64,000 nucleotides of DNA from Aplysia californica (taxonomy: Eukaryota). Below the pieces are notes generated by a model. That model saw nothing but the letters and a program-made list of their open reading frames with translations, was not told where the DNA came from and made no database searches. Location: assembly GCF_000002075.1 (NCBI RefSeq), contig NW_004797346.1, forward strand, positions 478,986 to 542,985, read 5' to 3'. Both the position numbers and the translations under genes were made by a program. Positions 63,393 through 64,000 of this stretch are shown here, piece by piece (the first letter of the stretch is position 1; every line of letters starts with the position of its first letter).

Positions 63393-64000
63393 CTACAGAA
63401 TATACAGGCCAACATGTGCTGTTTTTACTGGTGACAAACAGTTAAAAGCATTTGAATACATGTAAACTGTTTTATGTAATATACAAATAGTTTTTTCTTT
63501 AAAAAACAACAAAAAACACCTAACAACAAAAAAATCACAGTTCTTTAAACTTATAATGGCAAGGCCTATGTATCCAAACATAAGTTGTCCTAATCTTCAA
63601 AACAGATCAAACTTATGTTGGTATTTGAGATCTTGCCCGCCTTCATTAATATAAACAGAGAAATACTGATAATCTTTAGATATCCTTGATGGGCTGCCTT
63701 TCTCCGATCAAAATATGTAACATCACTAGTCTGAAAACTTCCCGACGCAATAAATCTGAAAATCCAGTTATCTGAACAATTATCAACGTGGGAGAACAGT
63801 TTTGGAGCTTGTGTATCTGCCCCTTTTAAACAAAAGACAACTTTTCACATTTGAGTTTTTCCACACAACTCTCTAACCTGATATGACTTCCATTTATACT
63901 TCTGACCCCACAAGCACAAAAACAAGCTATCTGAAAGTTTGGAGAGTTGGTCATTCCAAACCATCATACTGCTGTTATGACGGGGGTTCAATAAGTCTTT

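Noticed and set aside
1-64000. CRISPR array, operon or prokaryotic/viral defence-type system
   Set aside because: No regularly spaced repeat-spacer array and no dense intronless gene cluster; the sequence is spliceosomal-intron-containing animal DNA.

Overview
This is eukaryotic animal genomic DNA: AT-rich, microsatellite-rich, with 8 N-gaps. The repeat style suggests a marine invertebrate, plausibly a gastropod mollusc, but that is inference only. The right ~38 kb carries the 3' part of a large minus-strand cadherin gene. I traced 20 GT-AG exons from 63392 down to the stop codon at 33201, all phase-compatible, giving ~1150 aa. They encode six complete extracellular cadherin (EC) repeats, a membrane-adjacent domain, one transmembrane (TM) helix and a long acidic cytoplasmic tail ending ...VTLTDL*. 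Architecture and motifs fit the cadherin-23-related (CDH23 / insect Cad87A-Cad88C-like) family, and the 5' part of the gene lies beyond the window end. The left ~26 kb looks intergenic and is packed with repeats: a tRNA-derived SINE family, other elements sharing its 3' stem-loop tail, decayed LINE fragments (RNase H-bearing and RTE-like), miniature inverted-repeat transposable elements (MITEs; several nested) and simple repeats. A Rex1/Babar-like LINE fragment and further MITEs lie in the cadherin introns and putative 3' UTR. I found no convincing novel multi-gene system. The most interesting observations are (i) apparent conservation of both harmonin-binding motifs of vertebrate CDH23 plus two extra PPxY motifs in the tail, (ii) strong over-representation of the palindrome TAGGCCTA, (iii) several unrelated retroposon bodies sharing one 3' tail, and (iv) a CpG/repeat boundary near 26.4 kb suggesting a ~6.7 kb 3' UTR. 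All family comparisons are from memory, not database searches.
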